A stretch of DNA of 64,000 nt from a virus. Position 1 is the stretch's first letter; every line of letters begins with the position of its first letter. This document shows positions 46,243 through 55,068 of this stretch, piece by piece. The stretch is from the IMG/VR virus record IMGVR_UViG_3300049855_000474, positions 64,001-128,000 of that record; one strand, 5' to 3'. Below the pieces are notes generated by a model that was not told the DNA's origin, ran no database searches, and saw only the letters and a program-made list of their open reading frames with translations. The position numbers and the translations under genes are program-made.

Positions 46243-46526
46243 TTAAGCTCACCTACCATGTGTAGGTAGAGTAACGGGGTTGTTAGGCAACCCCAGCCTT
46301 TTCACAGCAAGCTAGGCAATAGTGCTGACCTGACGGGTCCTTGCTGTAAAACCGACGTTGAAAAGCGTCCGTTACGGAAACACTCAGCGCCCCGGCAAGT
46401 CTGGTTCAAAGAGTGAGACTCTAATGTCTAGGAGGGAATCATATGGAACTATGTAGTCTAGAGGCATGCAACCCCGAGCCGGCAGGTAAGCAGCAAAGTC
46501 GAGCCTAATATTCCCTGAAAACTTAC
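46243..46526 (+). ncRNA. Candidate large structured RNA, family unassigned
   Basis: At least seven stems, a GAAA tetraloop and G-U pairs favouring the plus strand; ends at a terminator. Confidence 0.55.
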
Positions 46527-46551
46527 AAAGCCCACCAAAAAGGTGGGCTTT
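46527..46551. terminator. Bidirectional terminator
   Basis: aaagcccacc-aaaaa-ggtgggcttt between convergent units. Confidence 0.8.
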
Positions 46552-46558
46552 CCTAATT

Positions 46559-47533
46559 CTAGACAACTCGATTGAATTCCTCTTGAAGAGAGGAGATATC
46601 CACTCGAATAGGACCGTAGTTTTCAATCATGCGATCCTGAATAACCGATGTTTTTTCACTGAAAGCGGCTAACCAAGTAGGCGCCTTACCCACACGCTTA
46701 GTCAAAGCCAGAGAATTATCGGGAACTTCCTCAGGAAATAAATCAGAAAGACCAAAATGCAGATGCTCTTGAAGGAGCCCATTTAGTAATTTAGAGGAGA
46801 GACCTAATGCTTCCTCTAAGTTACCTTGGGTGTTATACTTACGAATGGCCCAATTCAAGACCTCTGTAATCTCAACCCCGCACGAAGATTCCAAAGATAG
46901 GACATGAACAGGCTTAGAAATCGAACAAGAAATACTACAATACTTATACCCATGATCTTCAATAGGAGCTTCGGTTAATGGTTGTTCACAAACAGAACAT
47001 ACAGAAAAATTCAACAAAGTTACAAAACGAGAATCGATCTCATACCCAGAGGTAGTATCTACCGATTCCTGACGTAAGAATAGCAATGCTTTATTGGTAT
47101 CCTCGGTAATTTGCTTATGAGGGGTCCCGAGAATCATGCTCAACTCCAAGGTACTGAGCGTATCTACCTTGTGCTTACTCATATAAACTAAAATACAGTT
47201 TCGTACTCCTGGGTAGGTAGTGTAAAAAGAACAGTCACGAAGAGCACAATCAGTAATAATAGGCTCACCATGAACTTTACACTTGACGTCTCCGACCTTA
47301 GCGCGAGCGGTTTGCCATAAACCTAACTTCTGAAGAGCCGAAACTGCCATATTCTTATCAAATATTGACATAATCTCTAATGATTTAGGCATATTACAAG
47401 CACTACAGGCTTGTAATGCTGGTAAACCACTTTGAGAGAGTTCGGATTCTAGCTGATCGCAAGTTGAACTACGTTCGAGTCCGTGCTTACAAGAAGCATC
47501 TTTTAGTACAGTCAAAGTATATTTTGATGACAT
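46559..47533 (-). CDS. Cys-rich protein with sigma region-4-like HTH (putative transcription factor)
   Basis: Several Cys clusters; TLSTLELSMILGTPHKQITEDTNKALLFLR; second HTH-like LEEALGLSSKLL. Confidence 0.55.
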   Translation of the reverse strand: MSSKYTLTVLKDASCKHGLERSSTCDQLESELSQSGLPALQACSACNMPKSLEIMSIFDKNMAVSALQKLGLWQTARAKVGDVKCKVHGEPIITDCALRDCSFYTTYPGVRNCILVYMSKHKVDTLSTLELSMILGTPHKQITEDTNKALLFLRQESVDTTSGYEIDSRFVTLLNFSVCSVCEQPLTEAPIEDHGYKYCSISCSISKPVHVLSLESSCGVEITEVLNWAIRKYNTQGNLEEALGLSSKLLNGLLQEHLHFGLSDLFPEEVPDNSLALTKRVGKAPTWLAAFSEKTSVIQDRMIENYGPIRVDISSLQEEFNRVV

Positions 47534-47636
47534 ATGCTAGCTTTTACAGTTAATGGTTATATATTTGGGAGGATACCTAACCCTCTTGTCTGTTTATCTA
47601 AAGACAATTCGCCGTTTCAGGAACCAGGAGAAAACA

Positions 47637-48467
47637 ATGAGTAATAAGATACTCGAGCGATTCGCGGCGAAGACCGCTAAAGCGGGACTTGCTTCCCGTG
47701 GTGATATGTATGTTACGGATGTACAGAGAATTGATAATTCCAAATGCCGAGTGCTTGTTGGTTATTCAAAACTAGCAGGCGGGGTACCAACGATCCCACA
47801 GCTGGAGCAATATTTTCAGCAAACTTTCGGCAACAAAGTGATTGCCCAGACTAGTTCGGCTCAAAGCCATGAAGCAGAAGCGGCTATTAGCTTGCTTGTC
47901 ACTCTGAATACGCCTAGTCGACCACTTTCGGATATGAATGATATGATCCGAGTGTCGGCAACTTCTTTCATGGATGAGAATACGAAGCATCTCTGGCAGG
48001 TGGTGGACACAGGCTCCAACAAGTATCTCACTCGCGAAGCGGAAGAGAATGTTGCGGAGATCGTGGAAGCACGTCGTTCGCGTACGAGCAAGAAAGAAGC
48101 TCGTTTCGTGAATCTTAAGACAGCGGCTCCCATGGCTATGGCAGGTGATACGGTCAAGTTTATGAGCCCACAGAATGTGGTTCTAATGGGTGAGATTTCT
48201 ACCATCAGCGACGCCAAGGCTACAATAAAAGCTAACGGAGGCTCTTTCTCTGTGGATCGACAAGCCATTATCCAGGTGGTGGAGCGTGCTTCGAAATCTG
48301 TCCAGAGCAACAAGAATATTCTTGAAGACTATTTTACTAAAGCCTACGGCGACCCTGCATTTGCCAAGCAGCTAACGGATAAGCAGTCCCAGGACCTTCA
48401 CGGTCTTGGTACTACTGTACCAGCTACCCCTTCCGTAAAGGTACCAGGACGCAAAGACGGCGAGTGA
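47637..48467 (+). CDS. Probable abundant head protein
   Basis: AGGAG RBS before ATG 47637 (track start 47553); FMDENTKHLWQV, EDYFTKAYGDPAFAKQL; followed by a terminator. Confidence 0.6.
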   Translation: MSNKILERFAAKTAKAGLASRGDMYVTDVQRIDNSKCRVLVGYSKLAGGVPTIPQLEQYFQQTFGNKVIAQTSSAQSHEAEAAISLLVTLNTPSRPLSDMNDMIRVSATSFMDENTKHLWQVVDTGSNKYLTREAEENVAEIVEARRSRTSKKEARFVNLKTAAPMAMAGDTVKFMSPQNVVLMGEISTISDAKATIKANGGSFSVDRQAIIQVVERASKSVQSNKNILEDYFTKAYGDPAFAKQLTDKQSQDLHGLGTTVPATPSVKVPGRKDGE

Positions 48468-48499
48468 AGCAGCAGACGAGAGTTAGGTAATTGAAGAAT

Positions 48500-48535
48500 T
48501 GGCCTGTGCCTGAGAAGGCCCAGGTCATTTTTTTT
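48500..48535 (+). terminator. Intrinsic terminator
   Basis: tggcctg-gcc...ggc-caggtca stem followed by T8. Confidence 0.75.
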
Positions 48536-48566
48536 GGAACCAAGTACGATACTGTAAAGGTCTAAG

Positions 48567-49181
48567 ATGTCACAAGAATCATGTGAAATTTGCGAACTGG
48601 ATATCACGACAGTAGAGCAAGTGAAACAATTATACCAATCTGGACAAGAGCCTGAAGAGATCGGTATAACTTTAGGTATCGACTTTGAGAGCCTTCAGAA
48701 GCATTGTCACGCCTGTATTAAACGACCAAGAAGCCAGCAAGAGCGCTATCGAGAGCTAATCGACCAGCTAGAGGAAGATGTCGGGCATGCTCGACAGGCT
48801 ATGATTAAAAGACCCGATTCTCCCGGATTACAGCAAGGCTACGCTAGAATAGTTACGGAATATCGCGATGCTATTTCTAAAAACGAAGACCTGATTAAAC
48901 CTGAAGATACGGTTACAGACCTTATAGTTAGGGTTATTAATCCACTGATTCGGGAAACCCTAAAGGGTATCACCGAAGAGATTGCTAAGCTACGAGGCGA
49001 GTTACAAGCAGCAGGGATAGCCCCGGACATAGCTGCCAAACTCCTGGAAGAATTTTTCAAGCGGTCTGCGATACGCCTCAAAGCAACAACAACAGGAGCT
49101 GTCATAAACATGAATAGCTATTTTGGTGCTGTAGATGACCCGATGAAAAAAGATCGCACAATAGAGAAAACAATTCAGTAA
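48567..49181 (+). CDS. Candidate terminase small subunit
   Basis: CEIC plus HTH plus KHCHAC, then coiled coils; two genes upstream of the large subunit. Confidence 0.45.
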   Translation: MSQESCEICELDITTVEQVKQLYQSGQEPEEIGITLGIDFESLQKHCHACIKRPRSQQERYRELIDQLEEDVGHARQAMIKRPDSPGLQQGYARIVTEYRDAISKNEDLIKPEDTVTDLIVRVINPLIRETLKGITEEIAKLRGELQAAGIAPDIAAKLLEEFFKRSAIRLKATTTGAVINMNSYFGAVDDPMKKDRTIEKTIQ

Positions 49182-49199
49182 AAGCTGACTGGGGAGCAC

Positions 49200-50387
49200 A
49201 TGAAATTTCTGAATTTCGACAAAACAATCGACAAAAAGGTCAAAGAAGAGGATTCTAAGAAAGAAGATGCATCTAAGAAAGATGAATCTGAAGAGTCTAA
49301 GGATAAAGGCAGAGAAAAAGACGAAAGTTCTGGGGAAGAGGTTAAAGGAGAGCCTGCTAACCAGACTTACAAGACCGATAGCCCCACGGACCTCAGTAGT
49401 GATGCTTGTCTGCCTTGGGGCACTTCTCCTTATAATCTCAAGCCTGGTCATGGACAAGCTCTTGTGGATGTACTTCGGCGTGTTGCTTCAGATGTTCGTG
49501 AGCTTGCTGGATTAAAGATTGCTAAAGGTTTGGAGGATGGTCCTGCGCCAGCTTCCAGTGAAGTCAATTGGGATCATGCTTTCTCTGTCATTGAGGACAC
49601 TTTCAAGAAGAACAATCTTCGGCTAGTGAACTTCGAAGATCGGTCACAGCCTGGGTCTATTCCATACTACATCAAGAATACATCAGACGGAATTCTATTT
49701 TGGGTTACCCCTAGACCCCACACGGATAAACCAATATACGAAGCCATCAAAGCATTGAAGGCAGCGGGTATTGTTGCTCTACGACGTGAAAGTGGCATTT
49801 TGATAATGGCGGCTATGCCCACCCAAGACGGTCACCCTGCTGATGAGGTGGCACGATTTAGCAAAGGAACGCATCTAGAGACCAAAGATCAGCGCGACGG
49901 TACCTGGCATAAAGTAGAGATCGAAGGTGTAACTATTCGTTACAAGTTCGATCCTACAAGCAATAGAATGGAAGTCCACTGCCATAGGGGAGACAAGGGT
50001 CTCATCAATACAAAAGCAGAGTTCTTATTGAATCATGCCAACTCTCGCCAATTGGCGAAGGTACTCAAGTACCAGGCGGTGCGATTCACCAAGATGTTTG
50101 ATCCAGCTACCTACGGGCTTCACGCTGAGATGGATCCTTTCCGCTTAAAGAAGCATGTGCTGATTTACTGCGGCAAGGGGAAAACACTAGTGATTGGACC
50201 AGACGACCAGGCGTTTCTAGTTACTTCAAAGGGTGAATATCCTCTATGCAAGGAAGAGGGGCGAGTTGCTCTCAACCCAAACCTAACCTTTGTAAAGCTT
50301 CAGGATATTAAAACCTTGAAGTTCGTCCATGGGGACATTTGGGTTAAGTTCGGACATCTATTACAGAAACGCGGGTTGCTTGTCTAA
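49200..50387 (+). CDS. Hypothetical protein with charged N-terminus
   Basis: 395 aa, GGGGAG RBS. Confidence 0.55.
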   Translation: MKFLNFDKTIDKKVKEEDSKKEDASKKDESEESKDKGREKDESSGEEVKGEPANQTYKTDSPTDLSSDACLPWGTSPYNLKPGHGQALVDVLRRVASDVRELAGLKIAKGLEDGPAPASSEVNWDHAFSVIEDTFKKNNLRLVNFEDRSQPGSIPYYIKNTSDGILFWVTPRPHTDKPIYEAIKALKAAGIVALRRESGILIMAAMPTQDGHPADEVARFSKGTHLETKDQRDGTWHKVEIEGVTIRYKFDPTSNRMEVHCHRGDKGLINTKAEFLLNHANSRQLAKVLKYQAVRFTKMFDPATYGLHAEMDPFRLKKHVLIYCGKGKTLVIGPDDQAFLVTSKGEYPLCKEEGRVALNPNLTFVKLQDIKTLKFVHGDIWVKFGHLLQKRGLLV

Positions 50388-52362
50388 AAAAGGTGAAAAT
50401 TCTCATCTGCTTGATATCGATCTATTAGTTGACAGTATCGTTAATAGCGGCTTATCTCCAGATGTCTTTGAAGTAGAAGTCGACATACCGCGTGCCAGAA
50501 ACGTGATCGATTTCGCTACAGGTCCAACCTTCCTCAATACGCCTCTCTATGCAAAGCAAGCAGAGCAGGCAGTAAAACTGTTTGCTGAATATTGTCCGGC
50601 GTGTTCCAATCCAGATTACGTAGCCAATGTACCTACTGGGGATAGTATATCTCAGTTTCAGGACAATATACAGCTTCTCGATTACAGCATTTGCCCCAAG
50701 TGCAAGCGTAACAGAAGAGAGTTATTCACTACTTTTCCTAACGAACTCGTAAGCTGTATTGGGCAGCGAGCTGGTAAGACGGCTCTCACGGGTGGTGTTT
50801 TAATTCCCTACCAACTGCACCGTTACTTGAAAATACCCAACCCGGCAAGATACTTAGGTGTAATGCCGAGTACAATGCTGCAGATGACCGTTGTGGCTGT
50901 TTCCGCTAAACAGGCTTACGAAACACTGTGGACAGCTATCCATGGACAGATAACAGTAGCTCCCTGGTTCACAATGTACCATCAAGCACTCCGGGATGCG
51001 GAGAAAAAGAAGGGTGTAGCTCCAGGTACTCTACTGAGGGTACTGGACTCCTATGTCTGGTATGGTGATAAAAAGATATCAGCTACCTATCAGGCTGCTG
51101 ATATGAAGACTTTGCGCGGTAGAACTCGAATAATTTGCGCGGTGGACGAATTAAGTTGGTTTAATTCTGCAGATAGCGCTGTGCGCGCAAACGCAGAAGA
51201 AACTTACATAGCCCTGTCTAACAGTCTCCGAACCGTGCGCAACAAGACGGATCAATTGTGGGCGGCTGGTGACTACGATGTTCCATCCGCCTACATGTTG
51301 AATATCAGTTCTCCTAGGTCACAGTTTGATAAGGTCATGTCCTTGTTAAAGGAAGCAGAGAGAGATCCTCGGAAGGCTGCCTTTCATTATGCAACATGGG
51401 AGGCGTCTCCGGAGTACAAAAAAGAAGACTTCAGATCAGAAGAAGTAAACAAACCAGTTACATTCTGGCGAGACTTCGGAGCACAGCCACCATTGGCTGA
51501 TAGCCCTTTCATGCAGAACAAACATGCTATTAATGCCACAAAAACAGCCAAGACTCCTGTTTTCCAAACCAAACCTAAGTATATCAACGACAAAGCAGGA
51601 TCTGGTAAGTTTATTGCGGCAGAAGTTGTTTCATGTGATACAGATAAGCAAACCGCTCGTATTATTACATGCGATGCGGGTGAAACCGGAAACTGTTTTG
51701 CTATTGCTCTACATCACGTAGAGCGTGAAGACACTGATGTCAAAATGATTCTTGACGGTGTGGTCTCTGTAGCTCCAGAGACTGTTCAAGACTCGGATGT
51801 TGTGGTATCCATACATTTCCCGACCATGTTTGAGATCATATTGAAACTTTGTAAACACTTCAATATAAAGTATGTAGTATTCGACAGATGGAACTCTTCA
51901 GGGGAGGTCCAGCGTCTCCGTGACCTTAAGGTTGTAGCAGAGCAATACAGTCCAAAATTCCAGGATTTCCAGGACTTCCGCAATACAGTGAACTCTGAAA
52001 ACTACAAGATGCCTAAGTGGGAATATGAGAACTTAGAAGACTTGGACATTACCAACTCAAGCCAGTTGAAAAACGCTCCATACACCCACTTTGCATTACA
52101 AATGGCTACAGTACGCGAAGTAGGCAAAAAGGTACTCAAACCAGAGGCTGGTGATGACGACATGTTCAGAGCAGTTATTCTGGCTAGTCGTTACTTGATT
52201 ACGTACAGAGAAGATTTCCTTAAAGCTGGTTTAGGTACGGCGAGCAGACCATTAGGATCCCTTGGCGTGGTTATCGGAAAAACGACAGCAGCGGGATACA
52301 AGGGGTCCGGAGGTCCTGTAGACTCTAAGCTAGGGAACGTAAAGAAAAGGACGCCTTTCTAA
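50380..52362 (+). CDS. terL: Terminase large subunit
   Basis: Walker A GQRAGKT, LRGRT, Walker B AVDEL, ISSP, nuclease CDAG, FDRWNS, DDMF; start uncertain (TTG 50380, track 50329). Confidence 0.9.
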   Translation: MSKKGENSHLLDIDLLVDSIVNSGLSPDVFEVEVDIPRARNVIDFATGPTFLNTPLYAKQAEQAVKLFAEYCPACSNPDYVANVPTGDSISQFQDNIQLLDYSICPKCKRNRRELFTTFPNELVSCIGQRAGKTALTGGVLIPYQLHRYLKIPNPARYLGVMPSTMLQMTVVAVSAKQAYETLWTAIHGQITVAPWFTMYHQALRDAEKKKGVAPGTLLRVLDSYVWYGDKKISATYQAADMKTLRGRTRIICAVDELSWFNSADSAVRANAEETYIALSNSLRTVRNKTDQLWAAGDYDVPSAYMLNISSPRSQFDKVMSLLKEAERDPRKAAFHYATWEASPEYKKEDFRSEEVNKPVTFWRDFGAQPPLADSPFMQNKHAINATKTAKTPVFQTKPKYINDKAGSGKFIAAEVVSCDTDKQTARIITCDAGETGNCFAIALHHVEREDTDVKMILDGVVSVAPETVQDSDVVVSIHFPTMFEIILKLCKHFNIKYVVFDRWNSSGEVQRLRDLKVVAEQYSPKFQDFQDFRNTVNSENYKMPKWEYENLEDLDITNSSQLKNAPYTHFALQMATVREVGKKVLKPEAGDDDMFRAVILASRYLITYREDFLKAGLGTASRPLGSLGVVIGKTTAAGYKGSGGPVDSKLGNVKKRTPF

Positions 52363-52793
52363 TGGACCGTCGTAAAATCGAAGCTATCGCTAAAGGTCTC
52401 GAGCGTGTAGCAGCAATGTGGACAATGCCTTCTTTAGAGGAAGAGCAGGACGAGCTAGTGCGGACGGCAAGAGAGCTTGATATACCACTGCTGCAGCTAA
52501 AGCATGGCTTCGGTAAAGCCAAGCTAGCCCTGCTGACCAATAAAGACTGGAAACGCTTAGAGAATACAGATTCCTGGAAAGTGAAAACGCTAAATCAGGC
52601 TCGAAAGTTAGCTAAAAGCTATGGTAAGGACATAAGTCCTGTGCTAGAAGCTTTTCATACAGGACATAGCTTACCAGCCCCAATCGTGCTAGAGTACAAG
52701 GACAAGCTTATCCTGATAGCCGGGAATACCAGGCTCATGATTTCGAAGATACTAAACAAATCCCCAACTGTCCTCTGGATCAAACTACCCTAA
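52362..52793 (+). CDS. ParB/Srx-like domain protein
   Basis: LPAPIVL...LIAGNTRL. Confidence 0.65.
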   Translation: MDRRKIEAIAKGLERVAAMWTMPSLEEEQDELVRTARELDIPLLQLKHGFGKAKLALLTNKDWKRLENTDSWKVKTLNQARKLAKSYGKDISPVLEAFHTGHSLPAPIVLEYKDKLILIAGNTRLMISKILNKSPTVLWIKLP

Positions 52794-52860
52794 TGTTCAC
52801 CATCTATAATTCCTGCGAGTCTCCTTAGTGACGCTCATTTGGCGCCACAACGGAGCAGTT

Positions 52861-53052
52861 GTGCATACGAATCATCGCAGGAAAAATAAGTACAAGAATT
52901 GTCAAAGTGTGATTTCAGGTAACTGGAAACCTTACTTCCGTAGGGATAAGCACAAAGTGTGCAGGCAGCAAGCTAAGCGGAAGATCTTCCACGAAGAGTG
53001 GGACGATATTCCTAACAAATACTACAAAACTCTTAGGTGGGATTATTTCTGA
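52861..53052 (+). CDS. Small very basic protein
   Basis: GGAG RBS before GTG 52861: MHTNHRRKNKYK...LRWDYF. Confidence 0.5.
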   Translation: MHTNHRRKNKYKNCQSVISGNWKPYFRRDKHKVCRQQAKRKIFHEEWDDIPNKYYKTLRWDYF

Positions 53053-53213
53053 TGACCCAGGAAGAACGATTAAAGGAATTGCTCAGGGTTCTCACTCCTG
53101 AAGAGTACGCCAAGGTGAAGGTGCCTACAAGAGAACAATTCCGAAAGGCTCTTCGCAAGGGAGCTGAAGAACTTCGACAGCACAATAATTTCAAGTACAA
53201 AGGTAGATACTGA
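53052..53213 (+). CDS. 53-aa protein (below ORF-track cutoff)
   Basis: TGATG overlap; MTQEERLKELLRVL...KYKGRY. Confidence 0.5.
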   Translation: MTQEERLKELLRVLTPEEYAKVKVPTREQFRKALRKGAEELRQHNNFKYKGRY

Positions 53214-53279
53214 TGTCTAGCTTTTTCATGCCCAGTTCTAACACCAGCGCGCCGGTTGCGCCGGCTGGTGGAGGAAATC

Positions 53280-53459
53280 ATGGGTCACTACAAGAATCGG
53301 AAACCGAAGAAGTACAAGGGTTGCTGTTGGATGTGCGCCTGCAAGGACCGTAGAGGTGGATGCAGAAATAAACGCAAACTTAAAATACAAGAACATCGAG
53401 AAGCTATCACAGCCCGAGAAGAAGGGCTGAATGTAAAGAGGAATAAGTTTGAAGCCTAA
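53280..53459 (+). CDS. Small basic Cys-containing protein
   Basis: GGAGG RBS; MGHYKNRKPKKYKGCCWMCACK. Confidence 0.55.
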   Translation: MGHYKNRKPKKYKGCCWMCACKDRRGGCRNKRKLKIQEHREAITAREEGLNVKRNKFEA

Positions 53460-54141
53460 TCCAAAAATTACCAATTTCACAGAACAAGACTGGTACAGAA
53501 GAGTTGAACCTTTCATTGAAAAAGATAACGGTTGCTGGATTTGGTGTAGATCTGCACGGCTTAAAATAGCAATAGGCAGACAAAAACAAAGTATACGAGC
53601 TTTGGCGCTATGGGTATTTCGTAAAGAATATATTGAAACCACGACAAAGGTTTCGTGTAAAAACATAAAATGTTGCAATCCTGACCATATACTCAATAGT
53701 GAGGAAGAACGCTTTTGGTACTATGTAGTTAAAGCCGAAGGCTGCTGGTCCTGGAAAGGACCTACCGTACGTGATGGATATGGTTGTTTTGGTAGTAAAA
53801 CAAAGCAAGCTCATAGATACAGTTACGAAATACACAAAGGACCAATTCCAAAAAATTTGTTGATAAGACACAGCTGCCATAATCCAAGCTGTACAAACCC
53901 AGAGCATCTTAGCACAGGAACCAAGAAAGATAACAGCAGAGATATGTTCGAAGCACAAAGAGAAAATATATTAAAAGGAGTCGACAACGGTCAGGCTAAA
54001 CTAACAAATGAAAAAGTTTTAGAAATAAGAGAGTTAGGCAGAACCGGAAATTATACATATCAAGAAATAGGGGATAAATTTAGTGTCACAAAGCAGACAG
54101 CTATGGCTATATGTAAGTATAAAACATGGAAACACCTATGA
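53449..54141 (+). CDS. HNH endonuclease (tandem domains) with C-terminal HTH
   Basis: GCWIW...CKNIKCCNPDHI, then GCWSW...AHRYSY...RHSCHNPSCTNPEHL..GT..DN, AKLT...YQEIGDKF. Confidence 0.88.
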   Translation: MKPNPKITNFTEQDWYRRVEPFIEKDNGCWIWCRSARLKIAIGRQKQSIRALALWVFRKEYIETTTKVSCKNIKCCNPDHILNSEEERFWYYVVKAEGCWSWKGPTVRDGYGCFGSKTKQAHRYSYEIHKGPIPKNLLIRHSCHNPSCTNPEHLSTGTKKDNSRDMFEAQRENILKGVDNGQAKLTNEKVLEIRELGRTGNYTYQEIGDKFSVTKQTAMAICKYKTWKHL

Positions 54142-55064
54142 AAAGCATGTATATTACGTATCAAGATAGATATTCTGGAATGAAGATTTCGGGAAATAAA
54201 GCCGTAACGACGGATTTTATAAACAAAAATGGTCATATGAAGCGTGCTTTCTATATCACCGTACAATTAGAAGCTCCTTTATGGGGCTCCGTCCAAAGTT
54301 ATGATGGGGCTGGAATGTCAGGAGGACCTCTACATTTTACAGCTGTCCTACCACGTACTATGCAACAAGGTCCTTTGTTCCAGCTTCTTAGACGTATCGA
54401 GATGGTACCAGGTGCCCCAGTTAAACCACTGTGGGATGCTTTAGCGGCTGAAGGCTGGTACGTCGCCAAAGACGGAATGCTTCGGGATAAAAAATCTGGA
54501 GCTGTTATCTCCGGAAAAGCCATTAGAAACGTCTTCACACCACAGGACGGTAAAGTACCCCATACTGGTACTGATAGAGTTAAAGCGGAAAAATGGGCTA
54601 CTCTTTTTAGCGATCTCCTGTCAGATCCAAAGACTTTTGCTGCTCAAGCCGATCACAGCATCGAATATTTGATTCTAGGTTCTGAGGAGGTGGAAATGAA
54701 AGCTTACAGGCTTTTTATTCCCAAGCTACAATCTCCCGAACGTATCGGCATAGAACCCGGCGTGGTACTTCCAGACCCTGTGGATTTGGCGATGTGCGTG
54801 TACCACGCGTTTACGCCAAACGCACCAGCTATTGCCAAACAGTGTTTAGAGGCTACTTTAGATAAAGTAGGTCCTAAGCCCTTCCCTCTATACTTCGCTC
54901 AAACACTAATTAAGACACTAGGCACGAAAAAGTATGGACGATGGGCTGACATCCAGGGTACAAAGGGAAGCCGCTACGACGCTACCCGAACAGCAGTAAT
55001 GGCTTCAGGACTTTGGAGTCAAACTGTTCCAAACCTAATAAACCTAATGCCCGTAGATTTCTAA
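54138..55064 (+). CDS. Putative lysozyme-like endolysin
   Basis: VQLEA...GSVQSYDGAGMSGGPLHF resembles lysozyme-fold muramidase active sites; ATGA overlap. Confidence 0.45.
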   Translation: MKSMYITYQDRYSGMKISGNKAVTTDFINKNGHMKRAFYITVQLEAPLWGSVQSYDGAGMSGGPLHFTAVLPRTMQQGPLFQLLRRIEMVPGAPVKPLWDALAAEGWYVAKDGMLRDKKSGAVISGKAIRNVFTPQDGKVPHTGTDRVKAEKWATLFSDLLSDPKTFAAQADHSIEYLILGSEEVEMKAYRLFIPKLQSPERIGIEPGVVLPDPVDLAMCVYHAFTPNAPAIAKQCLEATLDKVGPKPFPLYFAQTLIKTLGTKKYGRWADIQGTKGSRYDATRTAVMASGLWSQTVPNLINLMPVDF

Positions 55065-55068
55065 AGGA

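Noticed and set aside
46243-46526. RNase P, tmRNA, SRP, group II intron or IscB omega-RNA identity for the structured RNA
   Set aside because: No GAGGAAAGUC/P4 pair, no tRNA-like ends, only a loose SRP helix-8 likeness, no closable domain V stem, and no adjacent IscB/TnpB gene.
46384-46626. 80-aa minus-strand ORF across the structured region
   Set aside because: It starts inside the upstream gene, crosses a terminator and has no RBS or motifs.
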